Source of the DNA: Epiperipatus broadwayi
Taxonomy: Eukaryota > Animalia > Onychophora
Direction of reading: 5' to 3'
Assembly: GCA_028023455.1 (NCBI GenBank)
Contig: JAQFVV010000006.1
Span: forward strand, 1,488,001-1,552,000
Length of the DNA stretch: 64,000 bases
Position 1 is the first letter of the stretch; each line of letters begins with the position of its first letter. The position numbers and the translations under genes were made by a program. A model generated the notes under the pieces. It saw nothing but the letters and a program-made list of their open reading frames with translations. It did not search any database and had not been told where the DNA came from. Below, piece after piece: positions 1-14,800 of the stretch.

Positions 1-920
1 ATGTTTTTTTCCTGGTCGGCCAGGCTTTCTACTGCTTGGAGCATTACCTGTGTTGTGTAGCACTTGTGTTAAAATGTCCGTTACTTCTGATGATGTTTTG
101 TTTATTATTATATTTGCTAACAAATTATTTGTTGGATGGATATTACGTTCATTATTTTCTCGTATAAATTGTTTTCCAAATCAGGTAGGGTATTAGATTC
201 CATATAGGGTATTAACCGTCTTGAACTTTTTTCTTTGATGGTTTGTTTACCGAATTATAATGTTTGCACTGTGCATTATCACAATTGACTGTCAGATGAC
301 TGCGGAGGCCATACTGAAAACACACGTTTTATCCCTCGAATGAATATTAGCAGCGTAGCCTCTTGATCTGTAACTTGCGGGGGTAGGCTTCGCAGATCGA
401 CGCTGTTGCACAATTGAACTCTTGAATTCATAACTGTTTCCAAAAATAGTTTTTGGAGTATCTTTGCAGTATACAAGTCCCTAATTAATGATGTTACCGA
501 ATGGTTCCATAAGCTACTGAAAATCATGTACAGCGTAATTTAGATATGCATTTTTGAGCACTCCAGTAATCATGCTTTGTCTCTGCTGATTTGTTATGAA
601 TAGTGCATGCTTGTCTTTTAAATTGATTTCTTTGGTCGATATCAAAAAATTCTAAGACAAGGTAATGATGATTAGGATGATCTGCTATTGTCAGAATGCT
701 ATCTCACATATTTGAAGTAAAAGCGCTTCATACAATAGTTCCATTGGAAAACTATAGAGAATAGGTAATATCTGTAACAGCTAATGTCAAGCAGTGAAAA
801 AATTTTTTAAAAGAATTAAATAATTCTCAAGGGATAGTCAAATTAAATTTGATTGAAATATTTTCCAACATTTCATCTGTCCATTGCATACTCGGGCCTA
901 CATTATTTTCTGAACATATC

Positions 921-1331
921 GTAATAATGGCATAAAGTATATTGACTGCTTAACAATTTTACTTGGTTGTAATAACTTGTTTCGTGGGGATGGGGGGATC
1001 TGTAAATAATTAAACATGTTGCTTTAATGGAATGAGGCAATGAAATCATTGCTTTGCTGGGTTTAATGCAATGTCAGAATACCAGATGTGGAATGTGAGG
1101 TTTACAGATCGATTCCAGTTTTGGTATCTCAACGCTCAGACTTTGTATGAATTCTCAAGCCGTTTGATTATTCGTTTTATTTATTTTTATCATTTGGTAA
1201 ACAGGGTTAAAAGTTTAAAAATGTTGATCCAAACAATGCTCTAGAGAGATGCAAAGGGTGATTTGTGAATTTGGGTAAATATGTCATTTGATCAACAGAT
1301 ATCTACAAAGCATAATTAATTTCAGGCAGTT
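921..1331. repeat. Local segmental duplication, copy 1 part a (matches ~11804-12222)
   Basis: Collinear match beginning gtaataatggcataa and ending ttcaggcagtta with 11804-12222. Confidence 0.9.
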
Positions 1332-4300
1332 AAGCAGTCAATCTTAGCTTAAGATTGAGCTTCATGTTTCCACCTACTAACCTATATTCAAACCCTATAT
1401 CCCATCCCGCTCCTTTTGTCGTGTATATATATATATTGTGTATATATTTGAGATGTGCGCCTAAGTTATAAAATTTTAACGTTTCAATAACAATTTTAAA
1501 ATTATTATTAATTCTTTTTTATTAATTATTAGTTCTTTTTTATTAAAGTATTATAGGTGCGGCTCAAATATATATATATATAGGAGCAAAATACTAACAA
1601 AATATTGATTTTTTTGTAAATATTTTATTATACGTCATTTTTAAACTTTTTCTTTTTAAAGTAATTTTTTTTATTAAAATGTATATTTTATAAAATCCAA
1701 GACGGAAGAAGCAACAGTTAATTGTCCAAAAATAATTAAAGGGTTGGAAACACTATTGTTTTAATCTGGGGAAGGTATTTTTTAATTAAAGTTTTACTTA
1801 AAATAACATGAGGATTAAGATTAAAGATTTTGTTTTAATTATAAACATTTTTCTCAAATCTATTTCTAATCTGGAAATAGATTTGAATTTATTTTTGGAT
1901 GTTATCTAACAGTTGCATCTTTCAAAAACAATGAACTAAGTAATTAGAAGCATTCCAGAAATACTTGAGCAGAGTATAAAATGGCGGTTTTTAAATCACC
2001 AAGGAATAGATTAGCTACTATTGAAAGAACTGCAGTGAGCATAACCTACGCTGGTGTGAAAGTTTAAAAAAATAATGTAGTAGTAGTAAGTCCACCACCC
2101 TTCTCGGCCCTGTTGGGTTATCATCTTCCACTGCCGTTATATCATGCTCCCGTAGAATGAAGTAAGAGCCCGACTGGAGAATCGTGGAATGCTGGATAAA
2201 AGCTTGCTGTTATTTAAGAATCAATTGCCATGCATGAGCAGACTTTGAAATATGAACTCTTAAAATGGTGCAAGGTAAATTTTCAAGCCGCAAGTAAAGC
2301 TAGTCTAATTAATCTCAAACTCTATTATCAAGACTTCTTCTCCTAATGTGTTATTTAACTTTATTTCTAATATAATATGTAAATTGCTCTTAAATTATTT
2401 CTATAATTTTAACTCTCTCATATGCTCTAACTTTCTTTAACCTTGGTGCAGTCATTTATTTATTACTTGATTTTATATATATGCTTTTATTATTAATATG
2501 CCAACCTCAAGCAAACTGGTGAGCTTAATTTATAAAGATCTTTTCTGTCATTTTTAAAGTATACCTTCATGAAGCAAGGTTATCAATGTCCCTATTTAAA
2601 AACATAACGCATTATTAATTAATACGTTCGCCAGATTGTTTTTTTTTTTTACGAATCAACATTTCAGGTTCGTTTTTAGTATGACAATTTGTTTAACTCT
2701 GGATTTTTTAGCCTGGGTGAATTCAGAGCTTAGGCTAATTAATGCTTTGAAACCTTATTTAATTTATAAATGTTATTATTAAATTCTGAAAGGGTGACTT
2801 ATTATTTGTTTTCTATAGAAATGCAAGTTTTTTTTATATACTCTTAAAATATCAAATACAGTACTTATATATTTCAGTTATTGTAAAATCAACGAAGGAG
2901 GGATTGATTTATTTTAAATAGCAGAAAAGGGAAGGGGGTAAATCTTAATGTTTCTTTTACTAGGTAAAATCTTAGCGTATATTTTATTTAGGGAAATCTC
3001 TCTCTATATATATTCTAGTGGCATAGCAAATTAATTATATAAATTATGGCATTCAAACAAGGGTCATTTATTTTAAAGCAGTAAACTTATTCAATGTCAT
3101 TAGTGACATTTACCCTTACTGCGTTACTGACATTTGGCCTTATCTTCATGTTTATATATATAATGTGCTTCTAGTCTTCTAATCTGGGGGTTGCGACAAG
3201 TTCGAACCCATAGATTTATTTTTCAAGCCTTGTTCTGAGGATAGTTGACGCTTCCCAGAACCATTTCTTCGTATAAAAAGGCCTCTGGCAGTGATTCCCT
3301 AAGTCTGGCACACGCTATGCCTATCCACTTTGTCTTTCATCCAGAAGCACGACTTTTCCTGTTATTTCTTGGCCATTATGTCAGCACCGCAAACTTCTTC
3401 GTATTATTATTTCTTTTGCTTCATGACCCAGTTTTAATGCTCTAATATTAAAATTGCACTCTGCTTAAAATATATATAAATGCCAACTACTTCTATTTTT
3501 ATTAATTAAATTTATTTCAGTCTTATACAATCCCACCATCGTAACTTATTTCTGTATTTAAGAGTATCTACATGCCTGGGGAAAATAAAGCATTGTTCTT
3601 ACCAGCGCTAATTAAAAGAATTTTCATTAAGTATTGTAATCATATAATCAAATGTATTTTATTTATTTTCATGACCGTAATGGCGTGAACATAGTTTGTA
3701 TTATATCTGTAATGAATCTCAGAACGCTCCCCGAAATAATGTTAGTCACCATGTTTCAGAACCGTAAATCAAAGCGTTAATAGCAATTTTATGTAAATTC
3801 TTTCTAATAATCGATTGGCATCTTAATATTGGACCCACCAAAGATGTGTGTTTATATATAGTATATATTATTTAATTAATAAAAGAGCATATGAGAAATA
3901 ATAGCATGAATGATACTATGCAATCATCTACCGCTTGCTCATTCACACAGACACTAATGTATACACTTAAGTCATATATGTAAATTAATAATTTGTCATT
4001 ATATTAAACTAATATTTATTGTCTAACTTGTTTGAGTAGTTCGAATTCCTTTTTCTCCACTTCCACACATATAGCTAAGTGAATATATATTTTAGTTAAG
4101 TCATGGTTAATAGATGTCTCATTGTTTTCTCACGCTTTGCTAGTGGGCCGGATTAAAATTAATTCTCATGTGCCATCACTTTTATGTTATTCATTAGGTG
4201 TTAGATCTGGGGCTTAGTGGGTTCGAATTCCGGCTGGTCCTTGATCTAAATCTCGGGCTTGACTGGGTTTGAAGTACAGTTGAAATCATAAGAATAATTC

Positions 4301-5213
4301 AGCAGTGACCATAAGATTGGCAGATATTGCCAGATGATTCGAATATTGGACAGTGATCACAATGATAGTGATCATATAGCATCGGAAAAATACTTTGTCA
4401 TCTAAAACTATGGGAAGTTATGTTGGAGCTGTTATGGTCTATAATATGATTGGTTGAGGTACCAGAACTTTTGCTGACCATCATCCTGGTGAAAGAATAC
4501 CAAGCTGAATCTGTAAGTCATAAAATGATAGTCTGTTCATTGTTTGACTATCTGATATATTAACCCAAAGTACATGCCTCCACAAAATGAATTGAGAATC
4601 AAACCTGACATTATAATGAAATGTAGAAATAACCTGTCTATAAACTATGGAATAAAATATACCAGAATTAGGGTAATCTTATCAAATAATATTATAGTGA
4701 TTTTGGACATCCTATTCCTTAATCCATAGAATTATAGATTTTTAGAAATACCAATTTTGTCTCAGTCAGATTCGGTCAATTTGAGACCCCAAACCATTTC
4801 CTTCATAGTTATGTACAAGCTGTAGAATTATATTTTTATCAATAAGATTAATATTTCATGAGCTTAATCAATGGACACCATTTCTCCTTCGCTACATAGT
4901 TATGTACAAAAGGTCAATATTCCAGTAGTGGGAGTTTGTCGATTTGTTGTTCCCAAATGCCTTCCTTCACTGTTGCTGAAGGACTCTCTCCCTCGTTAGA
5001 ATGAAACAAATTGTTTTACAATTTACTTTTCCATTACTCGATAGAGAATCGATCCTGGAAAGTAACGGTATGAGTCTGCTAGTCTACCCCTCGACTAAAT
5101 TGCACCGGCGGTCCAATAATATCGCAAAACAGTAATGCAGTGGTTTTAGAAATTCCACTCTACATATATAATAAGATACCTGAACGTCCGTTAAACGAAC
5201 AGTAATATATCTA

Positions 5214-5370
5214 TCTATATGCGCTAACACATAGTTAAAAGTGAAGTTAAATTGAGAATTATGATACTAAGCTGGTTTAGCACTAAGTTGTCTTAGCACA
5301 GCGCAAAGCCAGCTTAGTATTATAATTCTCAATTTAACATCATTTTTAATTGCGTGTCAGCGCATATAGA
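5214..5370. repeat. Fold-back (MITE-like) element with ~65-bp imperfect arms; duplicate at 13178-13334
   Basis: tctatatgcgctaacac...tactaagctggttt is inverted as aaagccagcttagta...gtcagcgcatataga. Confidence 0.8.
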
Positions 5371-6317
5371 TATATTGTACACATATATGTACGTATACAG
5401 AAATAGTTCTGCGAGGTTTAGAAAAGTGGTAGAATGATGGAATTGAGAGCTAAAGGTATCCGAATTTGGAAGACCAACCTGTCATTTCTGTTGTTCGATC
5501 GCCATATGATTTATCCTGTGAGAAATCACTCACATTTTTTACGCTCGCGCAGACACACGTTCACGGTGTATTTAAATATACAGTATACTCACAATAAATA
5601 GTTGATAAATTTGGACATTCATTAATTATTCTTATGGTAAATAGTTATAGTTATTTTGTTATTTATTGAATATATATTCCATTTCTAATGAAAATTTTCA
5701 GCCTTCAATAAATCCTCTTGACATTTAGGTATTTTTTTTTTCATCTGTAGAAAAGTTTAAACTTTCAGCTTGATCTCTAAGCCGCTTTGCTTTGTATTCC
5801 TAGCCGTTTGATAGTTCATTTTTTTCTTTTTCAAATCTTTGCTTTTAAGAAGCCAAATCTGCTTTGAAGCGAAGTCTATTTTTTATTCTTATATTATTAT
5901 TATTTTAAGATATTTTAATAATAATAAAAAATATGAGGATGAATTATTTTTTTATCACTTCGACCTTCGCAATTTATTTATGGGAGTTGAATACTGATTT
6001 CATCATAAATTATTTCTCTCAGTCTATTCATCAAGTTCTATTTTTAAAAGTTATCGATGTCTTTTTTATATATATATACTCACGGATTTATATGTGTATT
6101 TGGGTTATTAAATATTGGATTAATTCATTCATTGTTTACGCATGGTTAAAAATGCGAGATAATATTGAAAATTATTTTAAGAGATAAATAGCGGGAGGAC
6201 GACCAGAAACAAGATGGTTGGACTCGGTCATCCCTACAAAAAATAACTGAACATTCTAGAGAAACTTATCTATAGATCATTAGGTATCATTGTTTGTTTT
6301 TTTCTTCATATGTTAAA

Positions 6318-6389
6318 TGCGTTGACCAGGAAGCGAATCCGGGCCAACTGCTTGGAAGGCAGCTATGCTAACCACTAGACCACCGACGC
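6318..6389 (-). pseudogene. tRNA-Gly(TCC) retropseudogene / short SINE within a 6295-6397 insertion
   Basis: Minus strand GCGTCGGTGGTCTAGTGGTTAGCATAGCTGCCTTCCAAGCAGTTGGCCCGGATTCGCTTCCTGGTCAACGCA (72 nt) closely matches metazoan tRNA-Gly-TCC, with T-arm and acceptor mismatches. 11-bp TSD gtatcattgtt (6284-6294, 6398-6408), A-rich tail, and the empty site is present in the duplicate near 14240. Confidence 0.92.
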
Positions 6390-8199
6390 TTGACTAAGTA
6401 TCATTGTTGATTTGCAATCATTACATATCAATCACCTACTGTTTTCTTAATGTCGTTATTTTAGTTTGAAGACACTAGATGGCAGTGTAAAACCATATAC
6501 AATGTTTTATAGTTAACTGGTTTGTTTTAGATGGGTAAAACTTTTTTTTTTTAACGTTTATGTTATTCAATATTTATGTCTTTAGCGATCTCCATTGTCC
6601 AAAGCAGTTGACAGGAAATTTATTTTATGCATTTACGTAGAAAATAGAATAAATTGATAGAGGAAAATAGGACAAATAGATAGAGAATATACGAGAAGAG
6701 GAAAAGTGGATAGAAAATTTGTTGTAGAAAAATAATTAGAACTATGGAAAGCAAATATTAACTGTTACTTGGCAAAATAATGCTGATAATTTGAGATAAT
6801 TGGGCTATATTTAATTTGTCATCTGTGTGGTCTTATGTTTGAATAAAGTTTTTATCAAAATAAAGCAAAATTGATATTGAAATTAATTTTAAACATAACT
6901 AAAAGTATGAAAAAAATTAATAAAAGCTATAAAATTTTTTTCTCCATGATGATAAGCATAAATCCTAAAGATATAGTATAATTATAAGAATAAATACATT
7001 TTATGACTTTTAAATAAATATTCTTCCCAGTGATCGAAAACAATTTTGAAACAAAAAAAAGGAAAATCTTCAGAATTGTTTCTGCTTGACAAATAAAATG
7101 TGAAAAATACCACCAATTTTACATAATCTGAGCTTTGCAATTGAACATTTGATCTAAAAAGTTTTATTTTTTGCTAATAACTTTTGCCACCTAGTGGCAA
7201 AAAGGAAAACTAAAAATGTAATGCTTGCCATTTATTTAGAAATGATCATTCTAAATTTAGGGCAGGTTTCAAATATTATATAATTTACGTCACGACTGGG
7301 TAATTAAATTAGCAGCACCACTCCAAATGATCATGGAGCTTGTTCAAGAAAGAATGAATATGAAAAAAAAAATAGTGTGGAAGTATTTAAGAATATATAA
7401 TATGAAAGGATGCAACGTGTGATAGATTGTTATTTGGCACAAATACAAAAGGTTTAAATATCGGGGAAAGAAAGCAGAAGTGGAATAAGAGTTGGGACTC
7501 TAAATGGTCTATGTGGATATGAAAGGAAGAGTATTGATTATTTATTTTTGGAGTAGGATGTTAAAAAGGGTTCAGGAAAAATGTTATTGAAAGTAGGAGA
7601 AACATCATTTTGGAATCAGCGAAAATTATTATTTTTATTTAGGTCTATGTGATAAGAATAATATCACTCATCAAGGAAGAATACTAAATGAATCAGGACT
7701 GGAAGAATGATTTGCTCTTAGGAAATAGAAGGTATGTTAGTTTACTGCAGTATCTAAAGGTTTCAAATGGACAAAGAATTTAACTTGGCTTGTGCAGTCT
7801 CTGGGCATATTATTTATGCAGAGAGACTTTAGCTATAGAAAAGCCTTTGTAACGTCACACCATACAAGTTTGACTATCTCCATGTTACTTTGAGTGGGCA
7901 GAAAAAGCCATTTTATTTAGAAGCGAGACGGGGGGCAAGAACAAAGAATTATAATCATTCCACAGAACATTCTCATTCTAATGCATTACTCAGAATTATT
8001 GGAATTGTTTATGTGCTGTTGAAATTAGTAATAATTAATTAAAAATAATATTTTACATGGCTTGATTAAGCATGCTGCTATATTCAGCTATTAAAATGTT
8101 ATATTTAATTCTTTGGACAAGACATTGTTTTATAAGATGTTATTTCACTTTTTTTAAGGAATAAAAAATTTGCCTTTATTTGAGTTTCCCTTCTTTATT

Positions 8200-9690
8200 T
8201 GCATACTTTGAGTACTGCTAGCAATGAAGAAAAGGCTTCAAAAAATCATATGGTTACTCAGGAGATCATGTGATGTTCATGCAGCAAAAAAAGGGATAGC
8301 TAATCTGGATCTGCTGAATCATGAAAGACAAAGACTTCAATTGTGTTATTTGCAACAAAATTTAGGCAAACAATTTCATGTAAATTGGAAAAACATTTAT
8401 AACATATTTTAATACTAAGGCAAAGGTGAAAATGTTTGTTTTGAATATCAAAGACAAGTGTTCACATGAAGATAAAGTTGGATTCCATAGGAGCAGGTTT
8501 AGAGGTCACAGGGTCGAAAAAATTCAAAACAGTTTGAGAAACTTGGATTAAACCTTGCATTCTCAAAATGCAAGAATTGGTGCTGGAAAATGGACAAGAG
8601 AAAAAAATTCATCGTTATGATGCTATCAAACAGTACCGATCAAAGAAGACTGCAACATGCCCTTGACAGCAAGGATCAAATCATTTGGGAAATCAAATGT
8701 GCTGCACATAACATACTATCAATTCACTTTGAAGACTCTACAAACATAACCTCGCATTTGCGATTAGTTGTATTTGCAAGAATATTTTGCTGAGAATCTT
8801 TTAAAAAGGAGTCTCTTTTGTACTTCTCTTGAAGCGAATTCTGATGAATCTTGGAAAAACTTTCAGTGGCTGCTGGAGCACCAGCTATCATTGGGTATAA
8901 AACTTGAATTTCAAGTAAAAGAATTCTTGAAGATATTCCATGTAGACTTCGTCACCAGGCACTGTCCGTCACCAGGCACTGTCCTCAAAAGCACTTCCAG
9001 TCTCATACGATTCAAAGTCCTAATTTTATTAAAGATGTTGATCATAACTCATGACTTTTCAAGAAGTTAGTTATGTAATGATGTAGATGTCAATATCCGG
9101 CATTCACTTTTTTCCACACACTTGCCTGATGGCTTTTAAGATGAAATGTAATCAAGTATTTGACTTTTGAGCTAAGTTCAAATCATGTATTGAAGCTCTG
9201 AGTGAGAAGGAAATTTTTTACCTGATGAAAAACAAAATTGATTGGTTTGACATTTGAGAGCAACTGAATGAGCTAAATCTCAATTTTATTGGAATAATAA
9301 ACATCTTAAAATTCTTTGAAAGCTTTTGTGAGCAGATTAAAAACCTGAAGGGGAAAGACTGGCAGTCAAAAACAGTGCAGTGTTTGAGAAACTATCATGA
9401 GTTTTTGGTACCAGTGGCCATAATATGCAAAATCTTTCAGAAATTATGAAAAGTGCAATTTTTCAGTGTTTGACACCCTTGAAAAGTTGTGCAAACTGCT
9501 ATTTTGCTCGAGGGGTCGGATTTCATATGAAACATTCAAATCGTTGAATAGGGATAGTTGGGATTTCTGGAGCCTAAGACTAATTCAAGAAGACAGCAAT
9601 TCCAGTTCACTTAATCAAATAAGGATCCCTCTCCCTCCAATCACTTTATTCAATTGAAATTCAACCTAGAAACTTTTTGTAAGCCATTCT
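8200..9690 (+). mobile_element. Decayed hAT transposase, Buster/Charlie (ZBED5/8-like) group
   Basis: Frameshifted motifs in the expected order: CVICNKI, ETWIKPCILKM, LSNSTDQRRL, SIHFEDSTNI (DEST catalytic Asp region), LVVFARI, NFIK..NS.LFKKL, FHT..WL, EQLNELNL. Many stops; no TIR pair found. Confidence 0.85.
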
Positions 9691-9714
9691 CCTATTTTAT
9701 ACCCCTTTGCTCTT

Positions 9715-10810
9715 TTACCACACAAAAATCAGAAACCAGAAACAAAGCAAATATATGTAAATTTGAGTGCATCATTTACAATGTCCATTTTCTTGATATG
9801 AAGAGATGAAAGTCATAAACCAGAAATGGTCTGAGATAAATGTAACAATCATCATTTATCCATTGATTACTCAAGCCTACAATAGATGGCTCTTAGGTAA
9901 AGACAATTGCTCATGAATATTGGATACCATTTATCTTTTTAAAGTGCATGTGGTCATGTGTATCAGTTGTATAAGATGGACTGGATAGCTTGAAAGATAT
10001 TAAAAATTATTTGTATAGTGTATGGCTGCAGTATAAATATATATGATTGTTGAGAATGAAGCCATTATTTAGGAGAGTTTTGAAATAACTCCTTGTGCTT
10101 CACCACACAAAAATCAGAAACAGAAATAAGGCTGGTATGTGAAGACAATAATGTTATTATCTAGTTATTCATTAAGTACCCAAACTTACAAATTATAAGA
10201 TGTTTTAATAAACTTACAATAGATGGCTCTTAAATAGAGGAAGAGAAATACTTACGAATATATATGTTAAGTAAACGCAGAGAAGAATTGATGTTTTAAT
10301 AGGCAAATCCTAGCCTAAGCCTAAAGATGAAAGAGACATGAAGTTACCATAAGACTGGGATATCAGATCTATATAACTATAAAAGTGAGCTGACTAGGAT
10401 TTAAATATGTTTTAAATTTCAAACTATCAGCCTAGACATATAAAGGAGTGGGCTGGTAAATGTATAAGAGCATTGGTTCTGGCTTTAAATTTACAGTCCC
10501 TTGATGAAAGTCGTAAACCAGAAATGATCTAAGATGAATGTAACAGACTATCATCTTTTGTCCATTGATTTCTCAGGCCTACAATAGATGGCTCTTAGGT
10601 AAAGAAAATTGCTCTTTAGAAAAGTTTTTTCTTTTCTCTTCATAAAATCATTTTCTCTCAAAAAATTCATTTCTGCCAACAGGTTTAGGAGATTGGTTGT
10701 TTATTGGTCAAACATTTCATTGAAAGATAGTAAAAATTATTTGTATGTAGGTGTGTATGGCTGCAGTATAAATATATACGATTGTTGAGAATGAAGCCAT
10801 TATTTATGAA
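9715..10810. repeat. Degenerate internal duplications of an unclassified repeat
   Basis: accacacaaaaatcagaaac at ~9718 and ~10103; the aaaccagaaatg...ctacaatagatggctcttaggtaaag block at ~9817 and ~10515; tgtatggctgcagtataaatata at ~10019 and ~10754. A related segment lies at ~47220-47310. Confidence 0.7.
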
Positions 10811-10939
10811 AATCATATGAAATAACTCGAGTAGAGAAATCAACAAGGTTTGAAAATAAATGGAACCAGGGATAATAATGAAAATAAAATAAAAAATCAA
10901 TCTAAATGATGTGCTCTGTATACATATTATGAGATATAT

Positions 10940-11503
10940 TTAAGTACATGTACATTGTCTATTCTAAATGGAATTATAAGGGACTTGAACTCAGACTTTC
11001 AAACTCCCTAATAATTTCAAATCCCTTATAATTATATTTATTATAGACTTTATACATGTATTTAAATATTACATATTCAGCCTGTTTTCTGCCTATCCTT
11101 CTTCTCTATAATTAAATGGACATATTGAGGTCCTAGGTGTCAGGGGTCAGATTGACTTAAGGTCAACATGGGTAGAACAATAATATTGGCATCATCAAGG
11201 GCTTTCAGGGTTCCATCGTTGGATTTTCAATTATATGGATGGATGAAGAGTTGGAGAGTAGAGAAGATTGAAGCCTGTTCATTAAAGTTTGAAGATTTGC
11301 TATCTTAATATAAACTGAGCTCTGATTGTATATATGTGTAGGAGATGGTGTTCTGAACCAATCAATGAATGCTGGTTCATCACAAAATACGTACATTGCA
11401 GATCATTTATCTTTTTCACATGTATGTGGTCATGTGTATCAGTTGTATAAGATGAACTGGATAGCTGTGGGGAGTTTGAAAGGAGTTCAAGACCCTTATA
11501 ATT
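10940..11503 (+). mobile_element. Family A hammerhead-derived repeat with inverted ends and 16-bp TSD
   Basis: TSD atattatgagatatat at 10924-10939 and 11504-11519; inverted arms 10972-11008 / 11470-11503; body homologous to ~25770-26045 and ~44944-45300; degenerate hammerhead core at ~11360-11400. Confidence 0.75.
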
Positions 11504-11803
11504 ATATTATGAGATATATATTATATATAGGTATAAATTGTTGAGGGAAGAGTGTTGTTTGCTTTTAACTAACTCAAATTTGAAACCAACAAAAAAAAAT
11601 ATAAACATTTATGTACACATTAATGTACTGTCACATATACAATTGAATCAATAATGGAGGGGGACTTATATTACTTGTAGGTAACAATAAGCTTATTTTG
11701 TAGAATAAAGTTTGATTTGTGGAATTACCGTTTCAAATATAAAAGTCAAAGGGTTGGAGTATAGGCTTGAAATTGCTAAAATACACAGATAATTATTAGA
11801 ATT

Positions 11804-14800
11804 GTAATAATGGCATAAGGTATATCGACTGCTTAAAAATTTTACTTGGTTGTAACAACTATTGTTTAGTGTGGAGGAAAAAAATCTGTAAATAATTAAA
11901 CGTTGTTTTAATGGAATGAGGTAATTAAATTATTGTTTTGCCAGCTTTAATGCAATGTCAGAGTACCAGATGTGGAATATGAGATTTACAGATCGATTCC
12001 AGTTTTGGCATACTCAGCTCTCAGACTTTGTATGAATTCTCATGCCTATTGATTATTCATTTTATTTTTTTTGATCATTTGGTAAACAGGGTCAAAAGTT
12101 TAAAAATGTTGATCCAAACAATGCTCTAGGGAGATGCAAAGGGTGACTTGTGAATTTCGGTAAATATGTTATTTGATCAACAGATATTTTATCTATAAAG
12201 CATAATTAATTTCAGGCAGTTATTGAAGTGTAGTAACCAAGATTCAGATTCACTTGAAATCGTAAGAATAATTCTGCTGCGATCATAAGATTGGCAGATA
12301 TTGCCGAATGATTTGAATATTGGACAGTGATCACAATGATAGGAAAGTGATCATATAGCATTGGAAAAATACTTTGTCATCTAAAATAATATGATTGGTT
12401 GAGGCACCAGAAATTTGCTGACCATCAGCCTGGTGAAAGAATACCAAGCTGAATCTGTAAGTCATAAAATGATAGTCTGTTCACTGTTTGACTATCTGAT
12501 ATACTAACCCAAAGTACATGCCTCCACAAAATGAATTGAGAATCAAACCTGACATTATAATGAAATGGAGAAATAACCTGTCTATAAACTATGGAATAAA
12601 ATATACCAGAATTAGGGTAATCTTATCAAAGAATATTATAGTGATTTTGGACATTGCCTTATTTAATCCATAAATTTATAGGTTTTAGAAATATCAATTT
12701 TGTGTCAGTCAGATTCGGTCAATTTGAGACCTCAAACCGTTTCCTTCATGGTTATGTACAAGTTGTAGAATTATATTTTTATCAACAAGATTAATATTTC
12801 ATCAGTTTACATATACCAGTTAATCAGTGGATATCATTTCGCCTTTGCCTCATAGTTATGTATAAAAGGCCAATATTCTTGCAGTTGGAGTTTGTCGATT
12901 TGTTGTTCCCAATCCCTTCCTTCACTCTTGCCGAAGGGCTCTTTCTCTCTCTCATTAGATTTAACCAAATTGTTTTCCAATTTACTTTCCATTAATCGAT
13001 AGAGAATCGATCCTAGAACCTAAAGGTATGAGTCTGCTAGTCTACCCTCGACTAAATTGCACCGGCGGTCCAATAATATCACAAAATAGTAATGCAGTCA
13101 GTGGTTTTAGAAATTCCACTCTACATATATAATAATAAGATACATGAACGTCCCTTAAACGAACAGTAATATATCTATCTATATGCGCTAACACGCATTT
13201 AAAAGTGAAGTTAAATTGAGAATTGTAATACTAAGCTGGCTTAGCACTAAGTTGTCTTAGCACAGCGCAAAGCCAGCTTAGTATTATAATTCTCAATTTA
13301 ACATCATTTTTAACTGCGTGTCAGCGCATATAGATATATTGTACACATATATCGCATACAGAGATAGTTGTGTGCGGTTTAGAAAAGTGGTAGAATGGTG
13401 GAAATGAGAGCTAAAGGTAACCGAATTTGAAGACCAACCTGTCATTTCTGTTGTTCGATCGCCATATGATTTATCCTGTGAGAAATCACTCACTTTTTTT
13501 ACGCTCGCGCAGACACACGTTCACGGTTTATTTAAATATACAGTATACTCACAATAAATAGTTGATAAATTTGGACAATCATTAATTATTCTTATGATAA
13601 ATAGTTATGTTATTTTGTTATTTATTGAATATATATTCCATTTCTAATGAAAATTTCCAGCATTTAATAAATCCTCTTGACATTTAGGTATTTTATTTTT
13701 CATCTGTAGAAAAATTTAAACTTTCAGCTTGATCTCTAAGCCGCTTTGCTTTGTGTTCCTAGCCGTTTGATAGTTCATTTTTTTCTTTTTCAAATCTTTG
13801 CTTTTAAGAAGCCAAATCTGCTTTGAGGCGAAGTCTATTTTTTATTCTTATATTATTATTATTTTAAGACATTTTAATAATAATAAAAATATGAGGATGA
13901 ATTATTTTTTTATCACTTCGACCTTCGCAATTTATTTATGAGAGTTTTTTTTTTTTAGAATACTGGTTCAATCATAAATGATTTCTTCAAGTTTTATTTT
14001 TAAATGTTATCGATGTCTTTTTTTTTTTATATACTCACGGATTTATATGTGTATTTGGGCTATTACATTTTCGATTAATTCATTCATTGTTTACATGTGG
14101 TTAAAAATGCGGGATAATATTGAAAATTGTTTTAAGAGATAAATAGCTAGAGGACGACCAGAAAAATGATGGTTGGACTCGGTTACCCCAACAAAAAAAT
14201 AACTGAACATTCTAGAGAAAGTTATCTATAGGTCATTAGGTATCATTGTTGATTTGCAATCATTACAAATCTTTTCTTAATGTCGTTATTTTAGTTTGAA
14301 GCCACTAGATGGCAATGCAAAACCATATTGTAAAATGGTTTATAGTTAGCTGGTTTAGATGGGTGAAACTTTTTTTTTTTAATGTTTTTTTTTAATGTTT
14401 AGGTTATTCACTATTTATGCCTTTAGTGATCTCCAGTGTCTAAAGCAATTGACAGAAAATTTATTCTATGCATTTACATAGAAAATAGGATAAATAGATA
14501 GAGGAAAGTAGGACAAATAGATAGAGAATATATTACAGACAGTGGATAGAAAATTTGTTACAGAAAAGGAATTACAACTATGGGAAGCAGATATTAACTG
14601 TTACTTGGCCAAAAGAATGCTGATAATTTGAGGTAATTGTGCAATATTTAATCTGTCATTACGTTTGAATAAAGTTTTTACCAAAATAAATCAAAATTGA
14701 TATTGAAATTAATTTTAAACATAACTAAAAGAATGAAAAAATCAGTAGAAGCTATATATTTATTTTAAGAAAATTGCCCCCCCCCCCCCATGATGTTAAG

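Larger units (their letters stand above)
4269..7949. repeat. Local segmental duplication, copy 1 part b (matches ~12224-15779)
   Basis: Collinear match from ttgaagt/ttgaaatc to gcaagaacaaagaa. The ~2.9 kb at 1332-4268 is absent from copy 2. Confidence 0.9.

Noticed and set aside
1-720. Coding-like stretch on the minus strand at the window start
   Set aside because: Stops in all frames and no identifiable domain.
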